Source: Ionaspis alba
Taxonomy: Eukaryota
DNA: 45,740 nt
Assembly (NCBI GenBank): GCA_964255285.1
Contig: CAXUUL010000052.1
Location: 1-45,740 of the forward strand
Reading direction: 5' to 3'
The position numbers and the translations under genes were made by a program. This document shows positions 22,915-35,227 of the stretch, piece after piece. Position 1 is the first letter of the stretch. Every line of letters starts with the position of its first letter. Under the pieces are notes generated by a model that worked only from the letters and a program-made list of their open reading frames with translations, did no database searches and was not told where the DNA came from.

Positions 22915-24822
22915 ATGACAGACCGTGCCACGGCACAGTTCAGCCGTCTGTCACCAGATAATGTCAGTGCAGGCACTGAAAGGCTGGTAGCTTTCACGAC
23001 TGGCTTGACAGGCGTCAACATCGGTCATGATAATATTTCAAGGTAAGTTTAGATGGCAAGCTGGACCCTCACGATATTTTGAACATCTGCTAACATCTTT
23101 CATAGTTATGCCCTTTGGGGTACGATAGCCTTTCTCTTCCTCATCATTACCGTCGTCCGCTTAGCGCAAAGAAGTAACGCCCATCTCCGACACCTCACCA
23201 CCCTCTCGAGTTCGAAGCCCCATCACCAGAGTTACTGGACTCAGGATTATCTATCATGGTGGCCTACCGTCAAGAAAGAGCTGCTATATGCACCTCTACA
23301 CAAGAAGCGCCACAATAGGGAGATACAACTCTCGAAGGCAATAAATGTTGGAACACTTCCGTCAAGATTACATACCTTGATCTTGGCTGTCTATATCGCC
23401 AGCAACATCGTTTACTGCTGCTGGCTGGATTACGCTCGAATGGAGCAACCTGCTGTACTTGCAGAGCTTCGCGGACGGAGCGGCCACCTCAGTGTTGTCA
23501 ACATGGTCGGACTTTTTCTTCTTGCTGGACGAAATAATCCTCTAATCCCACTTCTTCGGGTATCCTTTGACACCTTCAACCTATTTCACCGATGGATCGG
23601 ACGAATCGTCATCATCGAAGGAGTAATTCATACCTGTGCCTGGGCGGCCAACAAAGCCCATGTAGAGGGATGGGACAGTATCAACGTGGCATTTCGGAAC
23701 GACCCATTCATCCAATATGGACTGCTCGGCACCCTCGCCATGGTCGTCATCCTCGTCCAAGCTCCCTCAGCCGTCCGCCATGCCTTCTACGAAACCTTCC
23801 TCCACATCCACCAATTCCTCGCGTTCCTAACCCTACTTGGCGTCTACATGCACGCCAAGCTCGGTCCTCTCCCTCAAATCCCCCACATGATCGCCATCAT
23901 CGTCCTCTGGTCCTACGACCGCCTCTTCCGCTGGCTGCGCATCCTTTACCGCAACGTCTCCTGGCGAGGAATGACCAAAGTCACGGTCGAAGCCCTCCCA
24001 GGCGAAGCCTGCCGGGTGACCTTCGAGCTACCGCGACCCTGGCGCCACCGTCCCGGAACCCACACCTACGCCTACCTCCCCGCCATCTCCCTGTGGATGT
24101 CGCATCCCTTCTCCATCGCCTGGTCCGACACTCGGCCAACACCATACCTCTCCCTCGAAGACGAAAAACTCCCCTCCAGCATCAAAGACCTCGACCTCGA
24201 AAACCCGCGCCCGGGCCGCACCGCAACCTCCTTCTCCCTCATCATGTCCAAACGCACCGGCATGACAGCCTCCCTCTACAATCGCGCCGCCAAAGCCCCA
24301 GGGCGCATCCTCTACCTGCACGGCATGCTCGAAGGGCCCTACGGCGGGCTGGAATCCCTCCACTCGTACGGCACAATCATGCTATTCGCCGGCGGCGTCG
24401 GCATCACGCATCAGATCAGCCACGTCCGGGACTTGCTAGAGGGCTACGCCGCTGGCACCGTCGCGGCGCGGCAGATCACGCTCATATGGACGGTGCGCTC
24501 GACGGAGCAGCTGGAGTGGGTGAGGCCGTGGATGGATGAGATCCTGGCGATGCCGGGGAGAAGGGAGGTGCTTACTATCCAGCTGTATGTGACGAAGCCG
24601 ACACAATCTCGGGAGATTGTCAGTGCGAGTGCGCGGGTGGTGATGCTCCCGGGGAGGCCGAAACCGGATGTTTTGGTCCGGAAGGCTTTTCAGGAGCGGA
24701 TCGGTGCTATGGTGGTGGGCGTTTGTGGACCGGGGGCGCTGGCGGATGATGTGAGGGCTTCGACGAGGAAGGTGGTGGGGGATGGGAAGTGTGATTTTTG
24801 GGAGGAGGGGTTCACGTGGTAG
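22915..24822 (+). CDS. Ferric/cupric reductase transmembrane component (FRE family); exons 22915-23042, 23106-24822
   Basis: RNNPLI, FHRWIGR and other heme His residues, HPFS (FAD), EGPYG, AGGVGIT (NADPH), VCGP, terminal EEGFTW. Confidence 0.93.
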
Positions 24823-25345
24823 ATGATTCCCCCTAAATCGGGCGGTGCAATAATGCTTATGATTCATGTGTTTACGAATTTTCTTGTGTATGAAGACTAG
24901 AGTACAAATGCTGCAAAGACGCAGGGATGAGTGCAGAGTGCGCGGGGTCTGGGCGGGGTTGGACATGGGGTGAAGGTCGGTGATATCATTCATATAATAA
25001 TCTTCGGATTTCTTCATGCTTCTTGTGCGGTGCCTCTGAGTTCTTTTGGCGGGTTTCTTGTCCGCTTGATGCTTTGATTGTGTGACACCCCGCTCCTCGG
25101 CCTGCATTCGTGATTTTGGTTTTTGTGAGCCCTGCATTCTCGCTTGCAGGCTGTTACTGTTAGCGAGTCACGTTCGCTTTCTCCCCCCTCTCGTCAACAC
25201 AACATCAGATGAAGATTGACGTCAAGAGAAAAAATTGATTGATAAATCTTGTGGTTCACGACCTGAAAGCAGCTGTCGCGTCTCTCTGTTCTGAAACCAT
25301 TTATCGTTTGGTTGGCGTACAAATAGAAAGAAGACCGGGAAGAAG

Positions 25346-28022
25346 ATGAAGCTCTACCTAGTTGCGTTGATGGTCATCGGCGCCGCTCTAGGCACTGGTA
25401 TATCTCGTCGCAATGTTCCTCCTGATATCCATCTGGACAAGAGGCAGTTCGGTTTAGCGCAGACCCAGGGCATCAATGCTTCGCGCCCTGACTTCTCTCC
25501 TGTCCACTTGGAGGTTCGGACGAAGAGTGGAGGACGAAATGAAACAGCTCCATTACTCTATGGCTTGATATTTGAAGATATCACCGTTCGTTCTATCTTG
25601 AATGCAGACGTAACGATTTAGATGGTTGTGCTTATGATGGGATAGCACTCAGGTGATGGTGGTGTTTACGGCGAGATGATTAGAAATCGCGCTTTCCAAG
25701 GTGCCGAGTCTCTCAGTAAAAACTTCTGTAGTGGTGCAGGAGCTGACTGCTATTGCTTAGGCTCCGAGGTCACGACCGGAGTACGAGAAGGGTTTGTCGG
25801 TCTGAGTATCCTATCAGCCGAGAACCCTTTTGTCCCATACGGACCTGTGCTAAACTACTGGCGTCCCATCGGAGACGTGCAACTCTCACTGGATATTCTC
25901 CATCCTCTCTCCGATGCTCTGCCTACCGTGCTGCAGGTTGACATCCCCTGGAACGCCACCGGAGAAGTTGGCTTCCTGAACGAAGGTTGGTGGGGATTTG
26001 ATGTGCGGCCACAGAGGTATAATGCTTCTTTCTATATCCTCCCATCGACGCCTCGGTACAACAAGACTCTGACTCACATCGATGTATCCTTACGGTCAAA
26101 TCTGACTGACGACGTGTGGTCCAAATCGACCATTGTCGTTGACAACCAGCTCTCCACCTACAATTACACTAAGTTTGAAACCCAACTCCATAATATCGTC
26201 AAAGTAGACAACGCCAACAACTCCTTTGCGATCACGTTTGATGCATCTGAGGTTGCAGGATCGACCTTCTACATCTCACTCATAAGCTTGTTCGGCGAGA
26301 CGTTTAAAGGCCGGCAGAATGGTTTACGAAAGGACATCGCAGATGTGCTGTATGATGCGCAGCCGAAGTTTCTGCGATTTCCTGGTGGCAACAATCTTGA
26401 AGGACGGTCGATTCCAACGCATTGGAAGTGGTATAATACTGTCGGGTGCGTAATCTCTGTTGCGTTTGCTTGAGGAACAGAGGAGTTGACAATGTAGCAG
26501 CGATCTTAGATACCGGCCTGGACGAGTGGGCGTCTGGAGTATGCACGATTTACGAGCTTAAGGTGGTGTACATCACGCTGACTTAAGGAAACAGATTACT
26601 ACAATACAGATGGCCTCGGCTTGCTAGAGTATCTCGAATGGTGCGAAGATATGGGAATGGAGCCGATATTGGATATTTATGCAGGAGCAGCTTTGGATCA
26701 ATTCTCTCTCAACCTTACGACTTCCGTTCCTGAAGATCAGATGCAACCAGTATTGCGGGAAGCCTTGGATGAGCTTGAATATCTCACTGGTAATACAAGT
26801 ACGATATGGGGTGCTCTGAGAGCGAAGCACGGGCACCCTGAGCCTTTCAAGATCAAGTCGGTGCCTTCAGTACAAATACTTCATTCGAGATATTGATACG
26901 ATTATAGCTTCGTTGAGATCGGGAATGAAGACTTCTTCAGCGAAACCTACCACTACCGCGTGCGTTTCCCCACTAGGCCCTTCATCCAACTCTACTAAAA
27001 TTCCCAGTTCCAAATCCTATACTCCGGCCTGAAAAAGGCCTATCCACAGATCACCTTCGTAACGTCCTACTACAACGAAAACCCCTTCCACTACATCCCC
27101 AACATCACCGCATTCCGTAACCTCACCCCTCCCTCTCCCACCCACACCTTCCACTAACCCTCCCCTCTCCTAGTCCCACCAGGCTCCATGTACGACTTCC
27201 ACCACTACGACGAACCCTCCTGGTTCCTCGAAAACTTCAACCAATGGGACAACTGGGAAGCCGTGACACACAACCCGAACATCACAATCTTCATCGGCGA
27301 ATACCAATGCATCAGCATCGACACGCCTTCGGGCGACTCCTCCTTCTCCTCACCCCCCAGCCAAAAGCTCTTCTTCCCAGAGCTGTTCTCGGCACTGGCG
27401 GAAGGCGTTTACCAACTAGGGGCTGAACGTAATCCCAATGTGGTCAAGATGATGGCCCTGGCGCCTGTGTTGGCGAATTATGATAATCTGGCGAGTAGCC
27501 CGAATACGCTCGTGTTGACGGCGAACGAGACGCTGGCGAGTGCGAGTTATTGGCAGCAGTGGCTTTTTGCGAGGTTTAGGGGGAGGCAGACGGTGCCGGT
27601 GGTGGATACCAAGGGGGGATTGAATCCGTTGTTTTGGGTCGCGACGGTCGATGATGTGATGAGGGTGGTGTATCTCAAGGTACGTAAGCTGAGCTTTTGG
27701 ATTATTGGGATGGGGTTGCTGATGGCGGAGCAGGTCATCAATACGGGGCGCCAAGCTGTGCCGCTGAGTGTGGGGATTGATGTCCCGTATACTGGGGTCA
27801 ATGGCACGATATTGGTAAGCTGATCTCATTTTCCTTTGGTATTTGAGTTGGAGGATTGCTGATACGAGTGTATTGTAGACGTCGCCTAATCTCAACGATT
27901 ACAATTTCTTCAATAACAAAACCGCCGTCTTTCCACGCGCGGCCAATCTTCCCACATGCAACGGCACGTTTGGATGGGATGTCCCGCCGTTCTCGTCGAC
28001 CGTGCTGCAGTTTGATCTTTGA
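25346..28022 (+). CDS. Secreted alpha-L-arabinofuranosidase, glycoside hydrolase family 51 (~9 introns)
   Basis: Signal peptide; LYGLIFEDI|HSGDGGVYGEMIRNRAFQ, LRFPGGNNLEG, TDGLGLLEYLEWCEDM, VEIGNED (acid/base), FIGEY (nucleophile); last exon ends ..VLQFDL*. Confidence 0.93.
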
Positions 28023-28243
28023 GATTCCAAAGGGGGAAGTTTTGAGAAACATTGCTTCATGTTAGATGTGAGAGTCGTTGCTATGGGATGTCAGACACGT
28101 TCGAGAGGAGGACGTGACTGAGATAGAGGATATGGTGGGCAATCTCAGCTATAATCGATGCTGATTTCAGCTGGTCTTGTGGTGCTCTATGTCTAATAGC
28201 TTTGGTGGTGGCTGTACTCAGCTACTTATGGCAACGCTTTCAA

Positions 28244-28453
28244 ATCAAATCGATGTTTCTAGCATCTTACACCATGAACAGCTGATTCATCTATGTGTNN
28301 NNNNNNNNNNNNNNNNNNNNNNNNNNNNNNNNNNNNNNNNNNNNNNNNNNNNNNNNNNNNNNNNNNNNNNNNNNNNNNNNNNNNNNNNNNNNNNNNNNAT
28401 CAAATCGATGTTTCTAGCATCTTACACCATGAACAGCTGATTCATCTATGTGT
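28244..28453. other. Scaffold gap (N 28299-28398) with identical 55-bp flanks
   Basis: 28244-28298 equals 28399-28453. Confidence 0.95.
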
Positions 28454-28958
28454 TTCATTCATCTGATCTAGTGCATCTAACTAACATGGCAAAGGAGTTG
28501 AGAACAATTTCAGTAGTCGCAGCCACAAAAATAAGTATCAAGTGCAAAACACCACGCAACATGGCATCGATGAGCTGAGCAGAGTGGGAGAACAAGAAAG
28601 AACCGAGCAGCCACTTATCCAATGCAGGGTCAGCGTCCAGAAGGGTAGCCAGACAGAGCAAATGAATAGCAGACAAGGCATTGAAATCGATGATTTCGCC
28701 GAGTCGGTGGGCTGCTAGTCGATGATTTGTTTCCTGGGAGTGAGAATAGACAGAAAGCTAGCTCTCGAATGCCGTAAGCTGTGCCGGTGTAGTGTATCGG
28801 TGTAAACATAGCAAGTCGCAAGATAAGTCGTAACATCGTAGATCTTCAATCTTCATAGTTGGTTACAATTTGTGCAGAGAGTAGATAGATACTGAAATCG
28901 AGTGGTAAATGACCAGCAAAGACGGGCGGTTGTGTAAGGAGCTGGTGTAGGGTAGCAG

Positions 28959-31900
28959 CTACTCCGCCTGCTGCTTTTGTTGCTGCTCTCTTTCGGCTAG
29001 AAGACGCTCTTCTTCTGCTTTGCGGAGAGCGACGATCTCGCCGTGGGGCATGCGATCGGGCTCATTCTTGAACCAGTCTGTTCGTTATGATTAGTCGTTG
29101 AACTCCTGTTCAAGCTGTCGATGAGAGCTTACTTGAGGAGCCGTGTGACTGGTTGGTCTCCAACAGCATCTGAGCGACGTGAACACTAAAAGAGAGATGT
29201 CAGTGTATGCTCAATTTGTCAAGCAATATTGTGCCAGATGGCTGACATACCCTTTGCCAAACTTCATCCCAATGTTCCTCATATTTCCCACCTGGTCAAA
29301 CTCCCAATTCTCCTCCAACCACTTCTTCTTCCACGCAAGATCCTTTTCCTCTCCAGTGCGGTAGGCGACATTCATGATGACCTTGCGAATCTCCCTTCGC
29401 CCACCAGCCTCATACTTGTTCTTATCTGGAGCCAAGAAGTCTGTCGCCCCCCAAGACACATATCCTTGGTCCAAGGAAGGAATGATGCGGTCCATCAGAG
29501 TCTTCCCAACACCCTGTTTGTACTGATCCGGGCGAACGTAGATCTGAAGCTCGGCGGTGTGTTGATACATTGAGTTCTTTCCCGCAAAATCTTCCGCAAA
29601 GGCAAAGCCGAGAATGGTCTCTTGGACCGCACTGAAAACCCTTTGTCCATTTCGTCCACCACGGCCATTGCCACGTCTGTTTCCGCGACCGTTGCCACCA
29701 CCATGAGTTTCACGACTTTTGGGAGGTTTGGAGCTCTTCGATACTGCCACAAGGAAGGCAAAGCTCTCATCGTCGACGCTCTGCAGACGATCAACCCAGT
29801 CGCTTTCGTCGGTCTTCTCAAGCTCACTGGCAAAGACGGTGTTCTCAATGTAGTGGTTGTAGATGTCAGTGATCTGTCTGACGTCCCAGCGGTCTGCTGA
29901 ACGAATGTAGATATTTGCATCGGGAACGTGTTCTTTGGCTATCACCGGTTTCTGTGAGTTCGACTTGATGTGGTCCTTTCGCACAGCGTCATGTGCAATT
30001 CTGGTGCGCTTGCTATCCTTGTGGTGTTTCTTGATGTAAGCCTTTGACGATGAGTGCGAGGTCTGGGTCATTCGTCCTTCAGCATGAGACCAAGGATCGT
30101 TCGGCGGGAGTTCCTCAGTAAGGTCCCAATTGACTGCGCCGTATTCGAGAGGGATCTTCCCCCAGATGCAGTCCTTAGGGTGATCCTGAAGCTGCTTTCG
30201 TGTGCCAGAAGCTGGGATGATTCCGGTTGCAAAACCAGGGCTCGAGGTATCAACTTTGAATGGTCGCTGGAGGGACTCCTTAACTTGCTTGTCCATCCAG
30301 CTCTCCATAAATCGGATGTGTCTTCTATCGTTATTAATGAACTGACCACGGGCATCCCACTCAACTGGTGCAGGCGCCCAGTCTCCGTCCCATCCAGCTA
30401 AGCCTCCAGCAGCCACCTCGTACTCCAATTTGTTCTTCGGATCTTCCGAAGTGACAGAAAATACGTCCTCATTGAACCACCTCCATGGATTGGCAGGCTT
30501 CTTGCGTGGCATTGGGGATTTGGATGAAGAGCCTCGGCCCGAGATTTCTGTGAGCATAGAATCTGAGTCGTTGTCGTTCAAAACTGGCTCAGGACGAGTC
30601 TCATCAGCTGCCAATTCGTGATCAAGCTGTGCAAGGGGTGCGACTTTGAATGTAGGGATTCCGGCAGCTGCTTCCGATATCTGCTGCTCATGAAGATTGT
30701 TGGGTGCCACAATCACGGGTGGGGTCGAGGTTACCTCTGCTCCGCGGGCGTGGGTGTGAGCGAGTTCCAGTTCTGCGGCATCTTTCTGCCCTTCGCGTAA
30801 AATCGTCGCTGTGTCCCGTTGAGGCTCAGCACGTGTCGGCTTTGGTCTATTCCTACGTCCCTCATAGATAGGTTCGGGCAGATTACGTAGATGCTCTGGA
30901 AGGAGGTGCCCAAATCTCTGTTCCAGCGACAATTTGACAGGTCCAACCTTCAGAGGCTTCGCAGCTTCTTGGGGATGATCAGGCACTGGCTGTTGAGGTG
31001 TCTGCTGCTTGTTGAGCGTACTCTGCGATCCTTCTTTCTGGCTAGAACCGATTTGAGCTTTGACTTCATTCGCTTTGCTAGATTCTCCATTTGAAATCTT
31101 GCCAGGATCTTGGACATGTAGTGCTAGCTCGCTGATCTTTCGCGCGTCGAACTGCGCCTGATTTTGTGCTTTGGTTCTCTTGGTAGTGCTAGACGACCTC
31201 GACGAATTTCCATCAGCGATTGGCTCCTCAGCTTTGACGACATCAGCCCAACGCAGATGAGGAGGGGTAGGCTTCTGCTCCACATCTGACTTAGCAATAG
31301 CATTGAGCGTCAGCTTGACCTTTCGTTCCGCCTTTGGTTGGACGTCGTGTTCAATCTTTGCCTTGAGCATTGGCTCTGTCATGACCTCGATGTTTGGTTG
31401 AGCTGTGACTTCGAGCATTGGCTCCGTCTTGACCTCGATCTTGGGTTCAGCTGTAATCTCGAGCATTGACGGAGGCTTCGGCTCAGCAGCCACTTCAGCC
31501 TTTGACGTGATGACCTGCTCAGTTTTCAAATTGACTGTTGGCTCGGTCTTCAACTTGACTGCGTCGTCAGGCTTCTGCTCAACTTTCTCTTTAGCCTCAC
31601 GCTCAAGCTTCAGCTGACGCTTCTGCTTTTTCGTTTGTTTGGGTTTCCACTCCGATTTCAGCTCGAGTCTAAGCATTTTCACTGGCTCAGTGTTCGGCTC
31701 GAGCTTCTGCTCGACCTTGGGCTCAATCTTTGCCTCAGCTTGCTGCTTGACCTGCTGCTCCATTTTGACCTCACTCTTCTCGGTCCATCGTAGGTGGGGA
31801 GGGACGTAGTTAGCCTTATCAGGACGCGCTGGCTGCTGGAGCAGCTTGTTGCGCAACGCGTTGTTTTCGCCGAGTGCCACAGGATTTGATCCAGTGAAGA

Positions 31901-33715
31901 CTTGCGATGAACCATGCTCTTTAACCTCAGATGACACGACACTAGCCATCGATGCAGACTTTATCGCGGGAGTGAGTGGCTTAGTTTCATTGGCCATGGT
32001 GAATTGATCGAGTTGACACTTTGGCGGCTTCTGTTCTTTGACCTCAAAAGCATTCTCGTGGTAAGAAGGAGAAGTTACGTCGGATCTCATGTCAAGTTTG
32101 TAACCTGGAGACCCTGTGCGGATGGACAGATCTCGGCGAGGACTCTGATAATCTAGCGAAGAAAGCCTTAGCAGTGAAGAGAAGCTCAGGACCCATAAGA
32201 CTTACCTGTCGTTGCAATGGAAGTCGCAGCTGGACGACCATATCGGCTCTGTAGAGACTTGACAGTATTGTCCACATCGGACAAGTAAGACGTCGGACTA
32301 GAGACCTGCATTATGTCCTTGGTCTTGCGTCTGTAAGGTGCACTGAGCGCACGACGCAACAGTGGGGTCAGGCTGGTCAAATTGTTTCGCTCAGCGAGAC
32401 GGTTAACCAGTAGCTTGTCAGCGTCTGATAATTGAAGTCAGTGTTGCTGTCATGAAAGAAGGCTGGCTATGATAGCAAGGGACGCAACATACTCGGTAGA
32501 CTTGAAGATCTTGGCTCACGCCTACGATGTGAGAGGTTATTGGTTGTTGTGTTGCCGTTGTAGACAGTGATGGTTGCGGTAGGCGGGAGAAAAGCAGAAG
32601 TGGTGGAGGTGAGTGAAGCAAGCTTCTTGTCAAGTAGCGAAGAAGATTGCGTAAGCGGGGTTGAAAGATGGGGTTGTGGTTGATTGCCAGAATCAATTTG
32701 GGGAGAAGAATTCTTGAGCTGAAGATTTCTCTTTAATGGTCGCTTTCGCGGGCTCCTTTTGACCTTATTGATGGCTGGGTCGACAATAGAGACTTGAAAG
32801 CTATTGTTCTCAATGTTACCGCCTATTGTTGTGGTAGGGCTCGGTTTCACGCTATTGTTAGGTTGTTTTCCCTGGCCGACCCCATGAATGGGTTTAGCTA
32901 GCACAGAACTCTCACCAGCCACCTCAGCCTTAGATCGATGCTTTCTTCTGGCACGCCGTTCGCGTCTGGCGTCTACCCTAGCAGGTTTCAGCTGCTTCGA
33001 ATCCTCTGACGCAACAGCTTTCAGCTCCTCTCTGCTGGCTGGCAAAGGCGAAGCTGAGGCCCGATCATATCGAATAGGTGAGAGATTTGCAAAAGATCTT
33101 CGAGAGCTGGCACAATGGCGCAAAGGCGTAGTGAGGTTGTTCGTCGCAGCAGAGAGGTCTGCTATCTTGTCACGAGAGTCTGGCTTGCAGGTGGTCGTTG
33201 ATCTCGCAGTAGGTGCTGAGGGATCTCGGACTTCTCGCTCACCTCGTGCCGTGGGCTCTTCTCTTGCGCTTGCTTGAACATCGTGATAAGTATTCTGCCT
33301 CTCCTTGTCCGCTGACTGGCGTTTCCTATGGCACCTGCCACCTCTAGGCCTCTTCTTTGCTTTGGTGATCAGCCCATCTCCTGTGGCCAGCATGCTCTGC
33401 TTGCCAAGACTAAGTGAAACATCTGCTTTGAGCTCGTCACTCTGTTTAGGGAGCTTTGGTGGTCCACGAGACCTTTCTTTCGTTCCGTCATTGATCTGAT
33501 TGAGAGGCGCAGACGGTTTCGCTATCTGATCTTAGCTTCGTGGTATTCAACAAAGAATGATTCCAACCTTGGGCATCGATCATCTGATGCTGTGAGCTAG
33601 TATGTGCGCTAGAAGTGTTGACGGCGTTCTTCTTCTTCGACTTCCATCCCCTCTTCCTCTGTCTCTTTCCTTTCTCTTTGGCGTCTAGGTTCTTCGCGAC
33701 TCCTTCTGCGTCCAT
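28959..33715 (-). CDS. Large (~1,500 aa) protein with disordered N-terminus and C-terminal GNAT acetyltransferase domain; exons approx. 33715-33568, 33521-32493, 32424-32206, 32152-29251, 29185-29133, 29077-28959
   Basis: GNAT motifs IRSADRWDVRQITDIYNHYI, ILGFAFA, LQIYVRPDQYKQGVGKTL, GMKFGK. Four separate ORF-track ORFs join in frame through GT..AG introns. The first intron (46 bp) and the last exon are the least certain. Confidence 0.8.
31365..31468. repeat. Coding tandem repeat, 48-bp unit x ~2.2, within a wider 8-aa periodic region
   Basis: gagcattg at 31365, 31413 and 31461; protein MLEITAEPKIEVKTEP / MLEVTAQPNIEVMTEP / ML. Confidence 0.85.
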
Positions 33716-33849
33716 CTTCACACCCGTCCAAAGGTTGAGACTGGATTGTGTAGCTGGAGAAGAAAAGATGCGAGAGTCAGGAACTTGTTGTGTTGAGACA
33801 CAGAGGCAGAGAGTGGCTTGATAGAACGACTGGCTGTTCAATTATTTCA

Positions 33850-33949
33850 NNNNNNNNNNNNNNNNNNNNNNNNNNNNNNNNNNNNNNNNNNNNNNNNNNN
33901 NNNNNNNNNNNNNNNNNNNNNNNNNNNNNNNNNNNNNNNNNNNNNNNNN
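33850..33949. other. Scaffold gap without flank duplication (true missing sequence) in the divergent GNAT/ARL2 promoter
   Basis: 100 N; the flanks differ from each other. Confidence 0.9.
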
Positions 33950-33957
33950 AAGCGAGA

Positions 33958-34767
33958 ATGCTATCCGTATTGAGGAAGGCACGGTTGAAGGACAAGGAGA
34001 TGAGGATTCTCATGCTGTAAAGAGTCATGCTGCGACGCAGAATGGTTGCTGAACATGTACAGGGGATTGGACAATGCTGGTAAAACGACTATAGTCAAGA
34101 AGATCATGAACGAGGACATCACGACCGTGAGTCCTACCTTGGGATTCATCATCAAAACCATTGACTACGAAGGGTAAGTGCGAGTTATCATGGAACGCAG
34201 CAAATTCATTGACAGGTCGTGGAAAGTTACAAACTCAACATATGTATGCATTTTCGCCACAACCCTGAAGTATCTTAAATTGCGTTAAAGGCTAATTCGA
34301 CCTCTAGGGGATGTAGGCGGCCAGAAGACTTTGCGCTCGTACTGGAGAAACTACTTCGAGAAGACAGATGCCTTGATATGGGTTGTGGATGCAACAGATC
34401 GCCTACGCATCGAAGACTGTAGGGACGAACTTGCCGGGTTGCTGCTCGAGGAGGTCGGTCCCTTCCACAGACCACGCCTCAGTAGCACTGATCTTGATAG
34501 CGTTTGATGGGCGCCAGTCTGCTTGTCTTCTCGAATAAGACAGATGTTGGTAGCTGCATGTCGGACGAGGAGATTCGGGAAGTAAGAATGATCACTTTCT
34601 CCGGTGTCTTGTCGGGTGTACTGAGTCTTTTCTAGGGGCTCCAGCTGGATGCGATCAAGACACATAGATGGACCATCATTCAATGCAGTGCTGTTACAGG
34701 CAAGTGCCTCAGGGAAGGCCTGGAATGGGTCGTTCAGGACGCGAAGGATCGTCTTTTCCTTTACTAA
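33958..34767 (+). CDS. ARL2: ADP-ribosylation factor-like protein 2 (Arl2/Alp41/Cin4), 6 exons
   Basis: Spliced [94 protein letters not shown]...LVFSNKTD...CSAVTG...AKDRLFLY*. Confidence 0.95.
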
Positions 34768-35227
34768 GACATAAGAAAAGGCAGGAGTGAGGGAGTCAAG
34801 GGGGGTTATTGAGGGAAGCGGCATTTCATTAGCGGATAGATAGCCGACCAGGCACTTGACAGGGGCAGCGCGTGTCGAGTGGCAGGCGCTGAGGGGCCAC
34901 AACAAACAGGCCACTGGAAATTTATATTTGGCTCTTTGCATTAGTATCCACTCGATCGCAGGGCAAATCGTTTGCTCGAGGCTCGAGGCTCGAGGTATGG
35001 GAGATCAGAAGCATACTCATATCCACACCATCAATCTTCAAGGGCAGGTCCAGGCGGATGACCACATAAAACTCGTATTGTCAAATCGGTGAACGGAAAG
35101 ATCTACCGAGCAGACCTCCAACTTAAGAACCACCCACGACTACCGACCATTGTGCCAATTACTCCATTGATTTTCGACGCTTTGTCTGGTGGCAAGATTG
35201 ATGTTTTCTTAGTAACCTCTCGCAGCA

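Noticed and set aside
23592..24539. 315-aa alternative-frame ORF inside the ferric reductase
   Set aside because: Pro/Arg/His-rich shadow produced by C-rich third codon positions; no domain features.
24436..25137. 233-aa antisense ORF over the ferric reductase end
   Set aside because: Low-complexity shadow ORF with no motif.
32092..33841. ORFs 33488-33841, 32467-33393 and 32186-32380 as independent genes
   Set aside because: They join in frame through canonical introns into the GNAT gene.
34974..34995. (GCTCGAG)x3 microsatellite
   Set aside because: Short simple repeat with no further structure.
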